From: an archaeon
GTDB taxonomy: Archaea > Nanobdellota > Nanobdellia > Pacearchaeales > GW2011-AR1
Direction: 5' to 3'
Length of the DNA: 64,000 bases
Assembly: GCA_009992215.1 (NCBI GenBank)
Contig: JAACWB010000004.1
Span: 8,006 to 72,005 of the forward strand
Position numbers and translations under genes: made by a program. The notes below the pieces were generated by a model. It was not told where the DNA came from. It saw only the letters and a program-made list of their open reading frames with translations, and made no database searches. The stretch's first letter is position 1. Every line of letters starts with the position of its first letter. Shown one piece after another: positions 1 through 9,774 of the stretch.

Positions 1-51
1 TTTATCCTCCCAATTGGGAGGATTTAAAAAGTTCTAAATTTTATATTTATT

Positions 52-777
52 ATGGATTTGGAAATATTTAAGAATTTGGGAATGAGTGAGGGTGAGATTA
101 AAATTTATGTTTCGCTTTTGGAGTTGGGTTCATCGGGAGCGGGACAGATTTTAGTTAAATCTGGACTCCAAAATTCTGTTGTGCATCGGGCTTTGAATTC
201 TTTGATTGAGAAAGGGCTTATTTCTTTTATTCTTGAGGGGAAGAGGCGGGTTTATTCTGCAGTTGATCCTGAGAACTTTTTTGATTTTATTGAGGAGAAG
301 AAAAGGAAATTTAGTGAAATATTGCCTGAATTAAAGAAGAAGCAAATTAAGGCTAAGGTTAAGGAGACGGCTTCTATTTTCAAGGGCGTACGGGGAATTA
401 AGGAAGTTTATAATTTTATGATTAATCAGGCAGGGGAAGAATATTTAACTTATGGTGGGGGGAAACCTTGTGCGCAGAAGATGGGTGACACTTGGTGGTT
501 AAATATTCATCAGAAGAGAATTGCTAATAAGTTAAAGTCTCGTCAAGTTTTCGATGAGTCTGTTAAAAAGATAGGTGCAGATATTGGTTTGTTGAAGTTA
601 ACAAATGTTAGATTTTTGCCAGAGGAGTTTGTTTCGTTTCAGGAGACTGTGATTGTAGGAAATTTTGTTGCTATTAGTGTTTTTAGCGAAGAGCCATATT
701 CTTTTTTGATTCATGATAAACATGTTGCCGAGGGATATCGAAAACATTTTGAAATACTTTGGAATAGAGCAAAATAA
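52..777 (+). CDS. TrmB-family transcriptional regulator
   Basis: N-terminal wHTH (LGMSEGEIKIYVSLLELG...VHRALNSLIEKGLI) followed by a TrmB-like C-terminal domain; TTTAAAAA TATA box upstream. Confidence 0.85.
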   Translation: MDLEIFKNLGMSEGEIKIYVSLLELGSSGAGQILVKSGLQNSVVHRALNSLIEKGLISFILEGKRRVYSAVDPENFFDFIEEKKRKFSEILPELKKKQIKAKVKETASIFKGVRGIKEVYNFMINQAGEEYLTYGGGKPCAQKMGDTWWLNIHQKRIANKLKSRQVFDESVKKIGADIGLLKLTNVRFLPEEFVSFQETVIVGNFVAISVFSEEPYSFLIHDKHVAEGYRKHFEILWNRAK

Positions 778-854
778 CTTTTTCTTCCAATTTATAACTA
801 AAAAATAAATATTCTTCCAATTAATCTTATAAACTATTTATTCTTTTAGAAATC

Positions 855-1730
855 ATGGGATTTATTAGAGGTTCAGTTGTGGTTCTTGTTAGTTCATTAT
901 TATTTTTGACTCTTTTTATGGGAAATGCTTTTTTGACTTTGTCTTGGTCACTTGAATATAATAATTTGGAAACGAATGCAAATAATGTTGCCGTTCAAGC
1001 ATTTGAGACACTTGGAATAAAAGATGAAATTGAAAGTAATTATAATTTAATGATGATTTATTGTGATAATCAAGAAGCATTTGACTTTAGTTCTCAAGGA
1101 ATAAATATACCAATTCCTTGTTATGAAATAGCTAAAGGACCTGAAGCCGTGATTCAATACAGTGTTTCAAATGCATTACATGATTTATATTATAGGACAT
1201 ATGATTGCTCGTTTTTTGAATGTTTGAAAACGGGGGATGGTCCTTATGTTTTAGTTTCTGAAGTTGCGATGAATTATTGGAAATCAAAGTTTAAAATTTG
1301 TTTACTTGGCTCAATTCTTTTGTTTGTATTAATGTTTATTTTTATTGAAAAGAAACATTCAACTTTAACTGTAACAGGAATTTTAATGATTCTTTCAGCA
1401 CTTCCTTTTAGAAAATTAAATTGGTTACTTGCGTTTTTACCAGAAGGAAATCTTACAGAGATGGTCCTTTCCTTTTTTACTCGTTCATATAATGTATTTT
1501 TGATTATGACAATTATTGGAGTTTCGCTTTTTGCCGTTGGAATTGCATTTGAATTTTTAGGAATTGGACTTAAGATTACCAAGTTTTTTACAAAAGAGAA
1601 AGCCACAAAAGAAAAAGAAAAAAAGGGCTCAGTCCCAATGATTGCTACAGAAGAAAAAGAAAGTTTTACTAAAGAAGAAGTTAAAGAAATTGTTCGTGAA
1701 GAATTAAGAAAAGTTAAAGAGAAGAAGTAA
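855..1730 (+). CDS. Multi-pass membrane protein, hypothetical
   Basis: Several hydrophobic segments, a Cys-containing external loop and a charged tail. Confidence 0.7.
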   Translation: MGFIRGSVVVLVSSLLFLTLFMGNAFLTLSWSLEYNNLETNANNVAVQAFETLGIKDEIESNYNLMMIYCDNQEAFDFSSQGINIPIPCYEIAKGPEAVIQYSVSNALHDLYYRTYDCSFFECLKTGDGPYVLVSEVAMNYWKSKFKICLLGSILLFVLMFIFIEKKHSTLTVTGILMILSALPFRKLNWLLAFLPEGNLTEMVLSFFTRSYNVFLIMTIIGVSLFAVGIAFEFLGIGLKITKFFTKEKATKEKEKKGSVPMIATEEKESFTKEEVKEIVREELRKVKEKK

Positions 1731-1732
1731 TT

Positions 1733-3718
1733 TTATTTCCCATAATTCTTTTTTAGAAAATTATTAATGAATGCTGAGTTATCTTTTTTTTCTGAGATTC
1801 CTGTTATTCTAAAAGCATTTAATCCTTCAAGCCCAACATTTTCAACTTTCACTTCGGGAGTTAATCTTAGTTTGAATTTTTCTCCAAGAAGTATTTCTTC
1901 ATTTGACTTATTTGCAATCTTTTTTGTTTCTGTCATTAATGTGCCCATACTCATGAATTTGAAACCAGTTTTATCTTCTTTAGTTACAATTGTTCCAAAA
2001 TTTAAGCTAAGTCCATAATCAATTTTTTGTTTGAATTTTTTATTGTGTTCTTTTAATACTTTTTCAATTGATTTTGTTAAATCTAAAATTGGCATTTCGT
2101 TTTTGAAAGTTTTTGTTCTAACTGGAGGAAGTAAGAAAAATAAATTTCCTCTGTTTTCATAAACTACACCTTTTTTATTTTCAATTAAAGAAATAATTGA
2201 ATTAAGAGTTTCTTTAACTCCCCCAATTCCCGAAGAAACTTCTTCGTAATTTTTTATAAAAATACAACCAATTGGAGAATTTTGTTTTGTTCCAGTAATT
2301 GAAAGAGACAATTCAGCTTTAACTTTTGGGTTACTTAATTTTTCTTTTTCTGGAATTTCTTTTAACTCAAGTGGTTTTTTAGCTTTCTTTCCTCTTTTTC
2401 TTCCGAAGAATGTTTTTTTGTAACCTTTTCTAAAGAAAGTGTAAGAAACAAAACCAAGAATCAGTGCCATGAATGCCCAAGCAATTATTTTTATATAACT
2501 TAAATTCTTTTCAGAAATTTTTTCTAATTTAACTACATTTCCAGTAAGAGAAACTAGACCTTGAAAATCTCCAGCTTGAATATTGTATTCTCCCTTTGGG
2601 GCTGAAATTAAATATTTTTCAGTTTCTCCAACGGGAAGGGAAACTGAAACATTGATTGTTTCATCTCCAATTACTATTGGTACTGTATGATTATAATACA
2701 CATTTCCTTTGTTTTCAAGAATTAAAGTTTTATTTACAATATCTATTGAAATTTCTTCTTTCTCTAAAATATTAAAATCCATCCGATTAATTAATTCTTC
2801 AGAATAAACTGAAACAACCCATTTTCCTGGAGCTTCATTATATTTTATTGGATATTCGAATTGTTCTTCTGTTTTAACTTCTAACTTTTGTAACATTTCT
2901 TCTTTTTCATTTTTTATTGCTACATATGCATTTGAATTTATTTTCTCTCCTGTTTGATCTCTTAACACAATACTTCCTTTAAGTGTGTCACCTGGAAGAA
3001 TCTCGTATTCATCTAAAACAATTTCTAAATTAGTTGGAATTTGTTTTATTACAATGAATGAATTTTTTTCTCCAACATTTGTTAATTCTGCGTATTTGTT
3101 TTGTTCATAAACTTTAATTTTTACATTATGTGTTCCTGCTTTGAAATTATCTGGAAATGGAACTTTAACTAAAAAATTTCCTTCTATAACTTCCCCACTT
3201 ACAAAAATTTCTTTTTCTCCTTCAACACGAATTTCAACAGTCCCATCAACTGCTTTTTCGTTTTCTCTAAATGCAGTTCCATTCATCATAATAATGTTTC
3301 CTGGTTCGTATTGTTCTCCATTCAAGTCAAAATTGATATTTATCAAATTTGAAATTTTAAATTCATCTGAGAGAACTTCTTTGTCTTCTCCAATTTTGTA
3401 TTTAATTGTACAAGTTCCAATTGAATCACCGATGAATTCTTTTACCAAGGGAATTACAATATCTTTTGTTATTTCTGTTTCTGAAAATAAGAACTCTTTG
3501 TAAACTTCTGTTTCTCCATAATCACAAGATAGATAAAAAATTACTAAATCACTTAGTGTTCCAACTGGCGTTATTTTTGCTGTGATTTCAATTTTATCTT
3601 TTAGGTTGTATAAGCTTAATGGTTCCTTTTCTAAAGTCACTCCGGCAGAAACAAATGAGATTAAAAATAATCCTAATATTACAAATATCACAACACCTTT
3701 CTGTTTTCCCTTTATCAT
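1733..3718 (-). CDS. Single-pass surface/receptor-like protein with a C-terminal degenerate class III nucleotide-cyclase-like domain
   Basis: Signal peptide, beta-rich ectodomain and TM helix (IIAWAFMALILGFVSYTFF); the C-terminus follows the class III cyclase pattern (DYGLSLNFG...MGTLMTETKKIA...EEILLGE) but lacks the catalytic residues. Confidence 0.6.
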   Translation of the reverse strand: MIKGKQKGVVIFVILGLFLISFVSAGVTLEKEPLSLYNLKDKIEITAKITPVGTLSDLVIFYLSCDYGETEVYKEFLFSETEITKDIVIPLVKEFIGDSIGTCTIKYKIGEDKEVLSDEFKISNLININFDLNGEQYEPGNIIMMNGTAFRENEKAVDGTVEIRVEGEKEIFVSGEVIEGNFLVKVPFPDNFKAGTHNVKIKVYEQNKYAELTNVGEKNSFIVIKQIPTNLEIVLDEYEILPGDTLKGSIVLRDQTGEKINSNAYVAIKNEKEEMLQKLEVKTEEQFEYPIKYNEAPGKWVVSVYSEELINRMDFNILEKEEISIDIVNKTLILENKGNVYYNHTVPIVIGDETINVSVSLPVGETEKYLISAPKGEYNIQAGDFQGLVSLTGNVVKLEKISEKNLSYIKIIAWAFMALILGFVSYTFFRKGYKKTFFGRKRGKKAKKPLELKEIPEKEKLSNPKVKAELSLSITGTKQNSPIGCIFIKNYEEVSSGIGGVKETLNSIISLIENKKGVVYENRGNLFFLLPPVRTKTFKNEMPILDLTKSIEKVLKEHNKKFKQKIDYGLSLNFGTIVTKEDKTGFKFMSMGTLMTETKKIANKSNEEILLGEKFKLRLTPEVKVENVGLEGLNAFRITGISEKKDNSAFINNFLKKNYGK

Positions 3719-3828
3719 TGTAAAATTACGCTAAATTAATTTATAAAATATGTGGTGATTTTATTTGATTTTTGCCTATTAGGAGCTAATTTCTAAAGAT
3801 TTATATAGAAAGAAGGATTTTTTCAATT

Positions 3829-4947
3829 ATGGGAAAGAGTGTTGTGAATCCTTACGAAATTAAGGGTGCTGTTAATTATGATAGACTTGTTAAGGAATTT
3901 GGAATAACAAAAATTGATGAGAAATTAATTAAGAGAATTGAAAAATTGGTTGGCGAGGTTCATCCTTTCATTAGGAGAGGTATATTTTTTGCACACAGAG
4001 ATTTAGAAAAAATTTTAGATGCTTACGAAAAAGGGGAAAAATTCTTCTTGTACACTGGAATTGGTCCATCTGGCCCCATACATTTAGGCCACATTCAAAC
4101 ATGGAGGCTTGTAAAATGGTTACAGGACAAGTTTAATGTTGAACTTTGGTTTCAATTTACTGATGATGAAAAATTCTTGTATAAAGACATGAGTTATGAG
4201 GAAATTCAAAAGTGGACAAAAGAAAATATGCTTGACGTTATCGCGCTTGGGCTTGACCCAAAGAAAACACATTTTTTGATTGACACTAAACACGCTGGAA
4301 TAATGTACCCTGAAGCAATTAAAGTTGCGAAGAAAATAACTTTTTCAATGATTAAAGGAGCTTTTGGCTTTACAGACTCAAACAATATTGGAAGTATTTT
4401 TTATACGGCAATGCAAACTGTTCCAGTTTTTTTACCTAATGTTTTGAATAATAAACATGAAAGATGTTTAATTCCATTAGGAGTTGATCAAGAACCTCAC
4501 TTTAGAATTAGTCGGGATGTTATTGAAAAGCTTGGTCACATAAAACCTGCAATAATTCATTCAAAGATGATGATTCCGTTAACGGGAATTGAAGGAAAAA
4601 TGTCTTCAACTGAACCAGACAAGGCAATTTTAATGACGGACAGTCCAAGTGAAATTAAGAAAAAAATAAATAAACACGCATTTAGTGGTGGACAAGACAC
4701 TGTTGAAGAACACCGAAAGAAAGGTGGAAATGTTGAAGTTGATGTTGCTTGTCAATGGTTAAAATATTTTGAGGAAGATGATAAAAAACTTGAGGAAATT
4801 TATTCTAAATATAGGAAAGGTGAACTTCTTAGTGGAGAAGTTAAGAAAATTTTAATTGAGAAAGTTCAAGTCTTTTTGGCAGAGCATCAAAAAAGGCGGG
4901 CTAACGCCGAAAAATTAATTGATAAGTTTGTTTACTCGAAAAAATAA
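3829..4947 (+). CDS. trpS: Tryptophan--tRNA ligase (archaeal/eukaryotic type)
   Basis: YTGIGPS-IHLGH, GVDQEPHFR, KMSST and HAFSGG motifs. Confidence 0.97.
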   Translation: MGKSVVNPYEIKGAVNYDRLVKEFGITKIDEKLIKRIEKLVGEVHPFIRRGIFFAHRDLEKILDAYEKGEKFFLYTGIGPSGPIHLGHIQTWRLVKWLQDKFNVELWFQFTDDEKFLYKDMSYEEIQKWTKENMLDVIALGLDPKKTHFLIDTKHAGIMYPEAIKVAKKITFSMIKGAFGFTDSNNIGSIFYTAMQTVPVFLPNVLNNKHERCLIPLGVDQEPHFRISRDVIEKLGHIKPAIIHSKMMIPLTGIEGKMSSTEPDKAILMTDSPSEIKKKINKHAFSGGQDTVEEHRKKGGNVEVDVACQWLKYFEEDDKKLEEIYSKYRKGELLSGEVKKILIEKVQVFLAEHQKRRANAEKLIDKFVYSKK

Positions 4948-5786
4948 TTTTTGTTCCTAAGTTCAAAAGTTTTGAAAGATTCATATAGATTATTTGCATA
5001 TTTTTCAATTTCTTCTTCGGATTTTATTTTCTTTTTTACTTTTGGATTTGCTAAGTTGTCTAATTCTACTAACGCTGCATATTTTGCGTGATTCATAAAT
5101 AAAACTCCCAAGTCAAGTGCACCAGAACTGGAATTCATATTTCTTAAACTATAATATTCACTTAAAACTTCTGCAAAGGTTACACAATCTGGAGAATAAT
5201 AATTTAATTTATTCAAATTGACAAAGTTCTTTTTTCCGTCGTTAAGTTCATCATAATTTTTTAATCCATAAAAATAAAACTGGGTTTTTGAAGTAGTGTC
5301 TTTTTTATTGTTATCAAAGTGGAGAGATAAAAAAGCATAAGCATTGTTTTCTTCTGAAAATTTATTTCTTGCTAAAATTTCATCTTTCAAGTTTACATAT
5401 CCGTCATAATTTAGGTCACCTTTATTGATTGATTTATCATTTACATCTTTTTCATCTGTCCTTGTTAAAATAACATTATAACCATCTTCTTTTAATAAAC
5501 CGACCAACATTAATGCAACATCTAGCGTATATTTCCATTCTAATTTATCTCCATCTCCTTTGTAATGTTTTGAGTGGCCAGCATCTATTACAATTGTTTT
5601 TAGTTCATTATGGGGATTTGGAGTTTTATTTTCTGGAGCCGTTAAATTCATTGAACTTAGAAAAAATGTTGTTGCCAAAAGATATTTTGTTAATGTTTTT
5701 AATTTATTAGAAGGTTTTAATTCTGTTAAACTTTCATGAGAAGGAAATATTCCTGGCAAAAGATATTTTACTAATTTACTTACCAT
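4932..5786 (-). CDS. N-acetylmuramoyl-L-alanine amidase (Amidase_3 family)
   Basis: IVIDAGH, E in KLEW, VILTR, FLSLHFD and AALVEL motifs (Zn ligands H/E/H plus catalytic E). Confidence 0.85.
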   Translation of the reverse strand: MVSKLVKYLLPGIFPSHESLTELKPSNKLKTLTKYLLATTFFLSSMNLTAPENKTPNPHNELKTIVIDAGHSKHYKGDGDKLEWKYTLDVALMLVGLLKEDGYNVILTRTDEKDVNDKSINKGDLNYDGYVNLKDEILARNKFSEENNAYAFLSLHFDNNKKDTTSKTQFYFYGLKNYDELNDGKKNFVNLNKLNYYSPDCVTFAEVLSEYYSLRNMNSSSGALDLGVLFMNHAKYAALVELDNLANPKVKKKIKSEEEIEKYANNLYESFKTFELRNKNYFFE

Positions 5787-5876
5787 TTTTCAAAAAAATT
5801 ATAATTTTATTTAAAGATATATATAGCAAAGGAGAGATATCCATAATTTTATAAAATAAGGAACTATAAATTTACT

Positions 5877-7577
5877 ATGAAGACATTGAATTTACATGTT
5901 GATTATATTGAATGGGAAGGTTTGAAGAAGGCTTTGAAATCTATGGATGATTTATCTGAAGAGGAAATTAAGAAGCAGAGAGTAGAAGAAACTTTGGTTA
6001 TTATGACTGCTGTTGAAAAGACTGATTCTTTGAAAATGATGGATGAATATCTAGAAAATATTAAGACAATTGCTTCTCAAGTTGGGGCAAAGAATATTGT
6101 TTTATATCCTTATGCTCATTTGTCTAGTGATTTAGGGAAACCTGAATTGGCTGTTGAATTTTTGAAAACTGCTGAGAAAAGATTAAAGGAAGAGGGTGTT
6201 AATGTTTTTCGTGCTCCTTTTGGATATTACAAAACTTTTGAGATGAAAGTAAAGGGTCACCCATTAAGTGAACTTTCAAGAAATATCAAAGGAAATGAAG
6301 AAGAAATTAGAGATTTAACAGATGATGAAAGAACAAAATTGCTAAGGGAAATTTCAAAAGCTAAATTGGATACATCTAAACTTGCTGAAAATGATCATAG
6401 AATTATTGGAAAGAAGATGAATTTGTGGAGTTTTAGTCCCGTTGCACCTGGAATGGTTTTTTGGCATGACAAAGGTTTACACATAAAGAATAAGTTGATT
6501 GAATATTGGAGACAAATACATAGGAGGGAAAATTATGAAGAAATATCTACTCCGCAAATAATGGACAGAAAGCTTTGGGAAATTTCCGGACATTGGTCAA
6601 AATATAGTGAAAATAATTTCAAGACAAATTACGAAGGACGTGACTTTTTAGTTAAACCGATGAATTGTCCAGGAGGGATGTTGGTTTACAAAAATTCCCC
6701 AAAATCTTACAAAAATTTACCTTTGAGGGTAGGAGAATTAGGAATTGTTCACAGAATTGAACTTTCAGGAGTTTTATCAGGGTTGTTTAGAGTAATACAA
6801 TTTACACAGGATGATGCACACATTTTTTGTACTGAAGAACAATTAGAAAATGAAATAATGAAAATAATTCTATTGATACAAGAAGTATATAATACATTCA
6901 ATTTAGAACTTGACCACGTAGAATTGTCTACAAGGCCCGAAAAAAGAATAGGTTCAGAGGAAATTTGGGATAAAGCAGAAGCAGCTTTGGAAAAAGTATT
7001 GAAAAAAACAAAAATGAATTATCAAATTAACGAGGGAGATGGAGCATTCTATGGTCCAAAAATAGACTTCCATCTAAAAGATTCATTAAATAGAACATGG
7101 CAAATGGCAACAATACAATTAGACATGGCACTTCCGGAAAGATTTGATCTAATATATCTTGACAAAGATAGTAAAGAAAAAAGACCTATTATGCTTCACA
7201 GAGTTATTTATGGTGCAATTGACAGATTCCTCGGAATTATTACTGAAAATTATAATGGAAAGTTCCCTCTTTGGATTTCACCAAATCAAATTAAAATTTT
7301 AACTATTGGTGAGAAAGCAAAAGAATTTTCAAAAGAAGTTTATAATGAATTGTTTGAAGCAGGGTTCAGAGTTGAACTTGACGAGAGAAGTGAATCAATT
7401 GGAAAGAAAGTTCGTGAGGCTTCAATTTCTGGATTTAATTATATGGTAACAATTGGCGAAGGTGAAGTAAAGGAAAATGTTATTGCTGTTAAGAAGAATG
7501 GTGAAAAAGACATTTCTAAATTGAGTGTTGAAGAGTTTGTTTTGAAGTTGAAAGAGGAAGTTCGAGGAAAGAAGTAA
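5877..7577 (+). CDS. thrS: Threonine--tRNA ligase
   Basis: Archaeal editing domain (YPYAHLS, APFGYYK, KGHPLSELSR) followed by a class II core (KPMNCPG, FTQDDAHIF, GAFYGPKID). Confidence 0.97.
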   Translation: MKTLNLHVDYIEWEGLKKALKSMDDLSEEEIKKQRVEETLVIMTAVEKTDSLKMMDEYLENIKTIASQVGAKNIVLYPYAHLSSDLGKPELAVEFLKTAEKRLKEEGVNVFRAPFGYYKTFEMKVKGHPLSELSRNIKGNEEEIRDLTDDERTKLLREISKAKLDTSKLAENDHRIIGKKMNLWSFSPVAPGMVFWHDKGLHIKNKLIEYWRQIHRRENYEEISTPQIMDRKLWEISGHWSKYSENNFKTNYEGRDFLVKPMNCPGGMLVYKNSPKSYKNLPLRVGELGIVHRIELSGVLSGLFRVIQFTQDDAHIFCTEEQLENEIMKIILLIQEVYNTFNLELDHVELSTRPEKRIGSEEIWDKAEAALEKVLKKTKMNYQINEGDGAFYGPKIDFHLKDSLNRTWQMATIQLDMALPERFDLIYLDKDSKEKRPIMLHRVIYGAIDRFLGIITENYNGKFPLWISPNQIKILTIGEKAKEFSKEVYNELFEAGFRVELDERSESIGKKVREASISGFNYMVTIGEGEVKENVIAVKKNGEKDISKLSVEEFVLKLKEEVRGKK

Positions 7578-7579
7578 GA

Positions 7580-7657
7580 AAGCTTCGCTTGATTTGGGTT
7601 TGGGGAAACGCTCCGCTTGATTTGATTTGACTGCGTTGAATCAAATCTGCACTACGC
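7580..7657. repeat. REP-like structured intergenic element after thrS
   Basis: Direct repeat CTYCGCTTGATTTG (x2) and hairpin GATTTGATTTGA-ctgcg-TTGAATCAAATC. Confidence 0.45.
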
Positions 7658-7716
7658 TTTTTGTGAAATGAAATTAAGGTCATAATTTTTATATAGTTTG
7701 GATTGATTTGTTGTTT

Positions 7717-8718
7717 ATGAAGAAAATAAACTATTTTTACATTTTTCTTTTTGTTATTGGATTATTTTTACTTTTATTGTATTCTTCAAATGATTCAGAA
7801 GATGAAAATGTTTCAGAAAAGTACAATTTTCTTGAAGGAACAAATGATTATTCTCAATTAGAAAATTTTGTAAATATAACCATTTATGATACAATAACAA
7901 ATTGCTCACTTGATGGAAAACTTTTTGTGAACGGGATTTTTGTTGACTATGTTGTTCAAGGGACATATGAATTATATGAAGATGAAATTATTAATTCAAA
8001 TAATATTCAAAATATTTCAATTTTGGGTAACACAAATAATTGTTTTGGTAATAATTCAAATTTACCTTATTATGTGGAATGGGACGTTTTTGATTTATTT
8101 GATTATATGAATTATGAATTAATTGTTGATTTGAACCCGCGTTGGCCTGATAATCCAAAATCAATGCAAGGATTTGTTCGTCCCGAAGAAGTCGCAGATA
8201 GATATTCAAAAATAAACATAGATGAGGAAAATACTGTATTAGAAAATTTAGAAAAAATATTTGCTTATGGATATATGAATTATGTTTCAGATAAAAATAG
8301 ATTTGGAGAAGATGAATATTGGCAAACCCCTTCAGATTTTATAAGGAACAAAGGCGGAGATTGTGAAGATTGGGCAATTTACATGCTTTCATTAATACAA
8401 AGATACGATTCTGAACTTGATTGCTACCTTGCAGTTTGGTATACTCATGTTAATGTTTTATGTTCAATTAATAAAACATTTATTATTCTTGACCAAGAAA
8501 AAGTTCGAAAAAATTTAGTTCTTGATGAAGATATAAGTTTACAAGAAAATCAAATTAAAGTTAGAACATGGAGAAACGATTATTTTGAAACATATGGGAT
8601 AAGGCCAGATGAAAGAGTTTTATTTTACTTAATTAATGAAAAAGAAATAATTGAATTTGAAAATGGTCAAGAAGATTTTGTTGAGTGGGTTTTAAGAAAA
8701 GGAGAAATTATTAAATAA
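7717..8718 (+). CDS. Membrane-anchored transglutaminase-like cysteine protease
   Basis: N-terminal TM helix; EYWQTP..F....GGDCEDWAI, then H (THV) and D (ILD) completing a triad. Confidence 0.8.
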   Translation: MKKINYFYIFLFVIGLFLLLLYSSNDSEDENVSEKYNFLEGTNDYSQLENFVNITIYDTITNCSLDGKLFVNGIFVDYVVQGTYELYEDEIINSNNIQNISILGNTNNCFGNNSNLPYYVEWDVFDLFDYMNYELIVDLNPRWPDNPKSMQGFVRPEEVADRYSKINIDEENTVLENLEKIFAYGYMNYVSDKNRFGEDEYWQTPSDFIRNKGGDCEDWAIYMLSLIQRYDSELDCYLAVWYTHVNVLCSINKTFIILDQEKVRKNLVLDEDISLQENQIKVRTWRNDYFETYGIRPDERVLFYLINEKEIIEFENGQEDFVEWVLRKGEIIK

Positions 8719-8778
8719 ATTGTATGTATCTAAAATTTAGTAAGTAAAATATAAAAACTAAAATTGCAGTATAGTAAT

Positions 8779-9774
8779 ATGGAAAAGAGGAGTAAATTTA
8801 CTTTTATTGATTTATTTGCAGGAATTGGAGGTATTCGTTTAGCTTTTGAAAAAGCAGGTGGAAAATGCATCATGAGTTCTGAATGGGATGCTTATGCACA
8901 AAAAACATATTTAGAAAATTTTGGGGAAATTCCTTTGGGAGATATTTCAAAAATTAATGAAAAAGATATCCCAAACCATGACATATTGTGTGGAGGTTTT
9001 CCTTGCCAAGCTTTTTCTATTGCGGGAAAAAGAAAAGGATTTAATGATATCAGAGGCACTTTATTTTTTGAAGTTGCTAGAATAATTAAAGAAAAAAAGC
9101 CGAAGGCAATTTTTTTAGAAAATGTTAAGGGACTAATAAATCATGACAAAGGAAAAACTTTAGCTACAATTCTTGATGTTTTAAGAAATGAATTGGGATA
9201 TTATGTTACAGAGCCTCAAATTATGAATGCAAAAGATTTTGGATTAGCTCAAAATAGGGAAAGAGTTTTTATTGTTGGATTTAGAAAAGATTTGGGAATA
9301 AATTCTTTTTCTTATCCGAAGAAGAAAATTAAACCAGTTTCTTTTGAAGAAGTTATGGAAGAAAAACCAGTTTCTCCGAAATATTATTTGTCTACTGTTT
9401 ACTTAAATACATTAAAGAAACATAAGGATAGACATGTTAAAAAAGGTAATGGGTTTGGGTATCAAATAATTGATATAAAAGATATTGCTAATGCTATCGT
9501 AGTTGGGGGAATGGGGAGAGAAAGAAATTTAATAATTGATAAGAGACAAAAAAATTTAATTCCTATAACAAATATCAAAGGTTCCATAAATAAAAAAGGA
9601 ATTAGGAGAATGACCCCGAGGGAGTGGGCAAGATTACAAGGGTTTCCAGATTCTTTTAAAATTCCTGTTTCTGATGCTCAGGCCTATAAACAATTTGGAA
9701 ATTCTGTTGCAGTTTCAGCCATATATGCTACTGCGAAAGAGATAATTAAACATTTAGATAATAAATTAAAATGA
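8779..9774 (+). CDS. dcm: DNA (cytosine-5) methyltransferase, M.HpaII-like
   Basis: FIDLFAGIGG, GFPCQ, ENV, QNRERVF and KQFGNSV motifs. Confidence 0.95.
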   Translation: MEKRSKFTFIDLFAGIGGIRLAFEKAGGKCIMSSEWDAYAQKTYLENFGEIPLGDISKINEKDIPNHDILCGGFPCQAFSIAGKRKGFNDIRGTLFFEVARIIKEKKPKAIFLENVKGLINHDKGKTLATILDVLRNELGYYVTEPQIMNAKDFGLAQNRERVFIVGFRKDLGINSFSYPKKKIKPVSFEEVMEEKPVSPKYYLSTVYLNTLKKHKDRHVKKGNGFGYQIIDIKDIANAIVVGGMGRERNLIIDKRQKNLIPITNIKGSINKKGIRRMTPREWARLQGFPDSFKIPVSDAQAYKQFGNSVAVSAIYATAKEIIKHLDNKLK

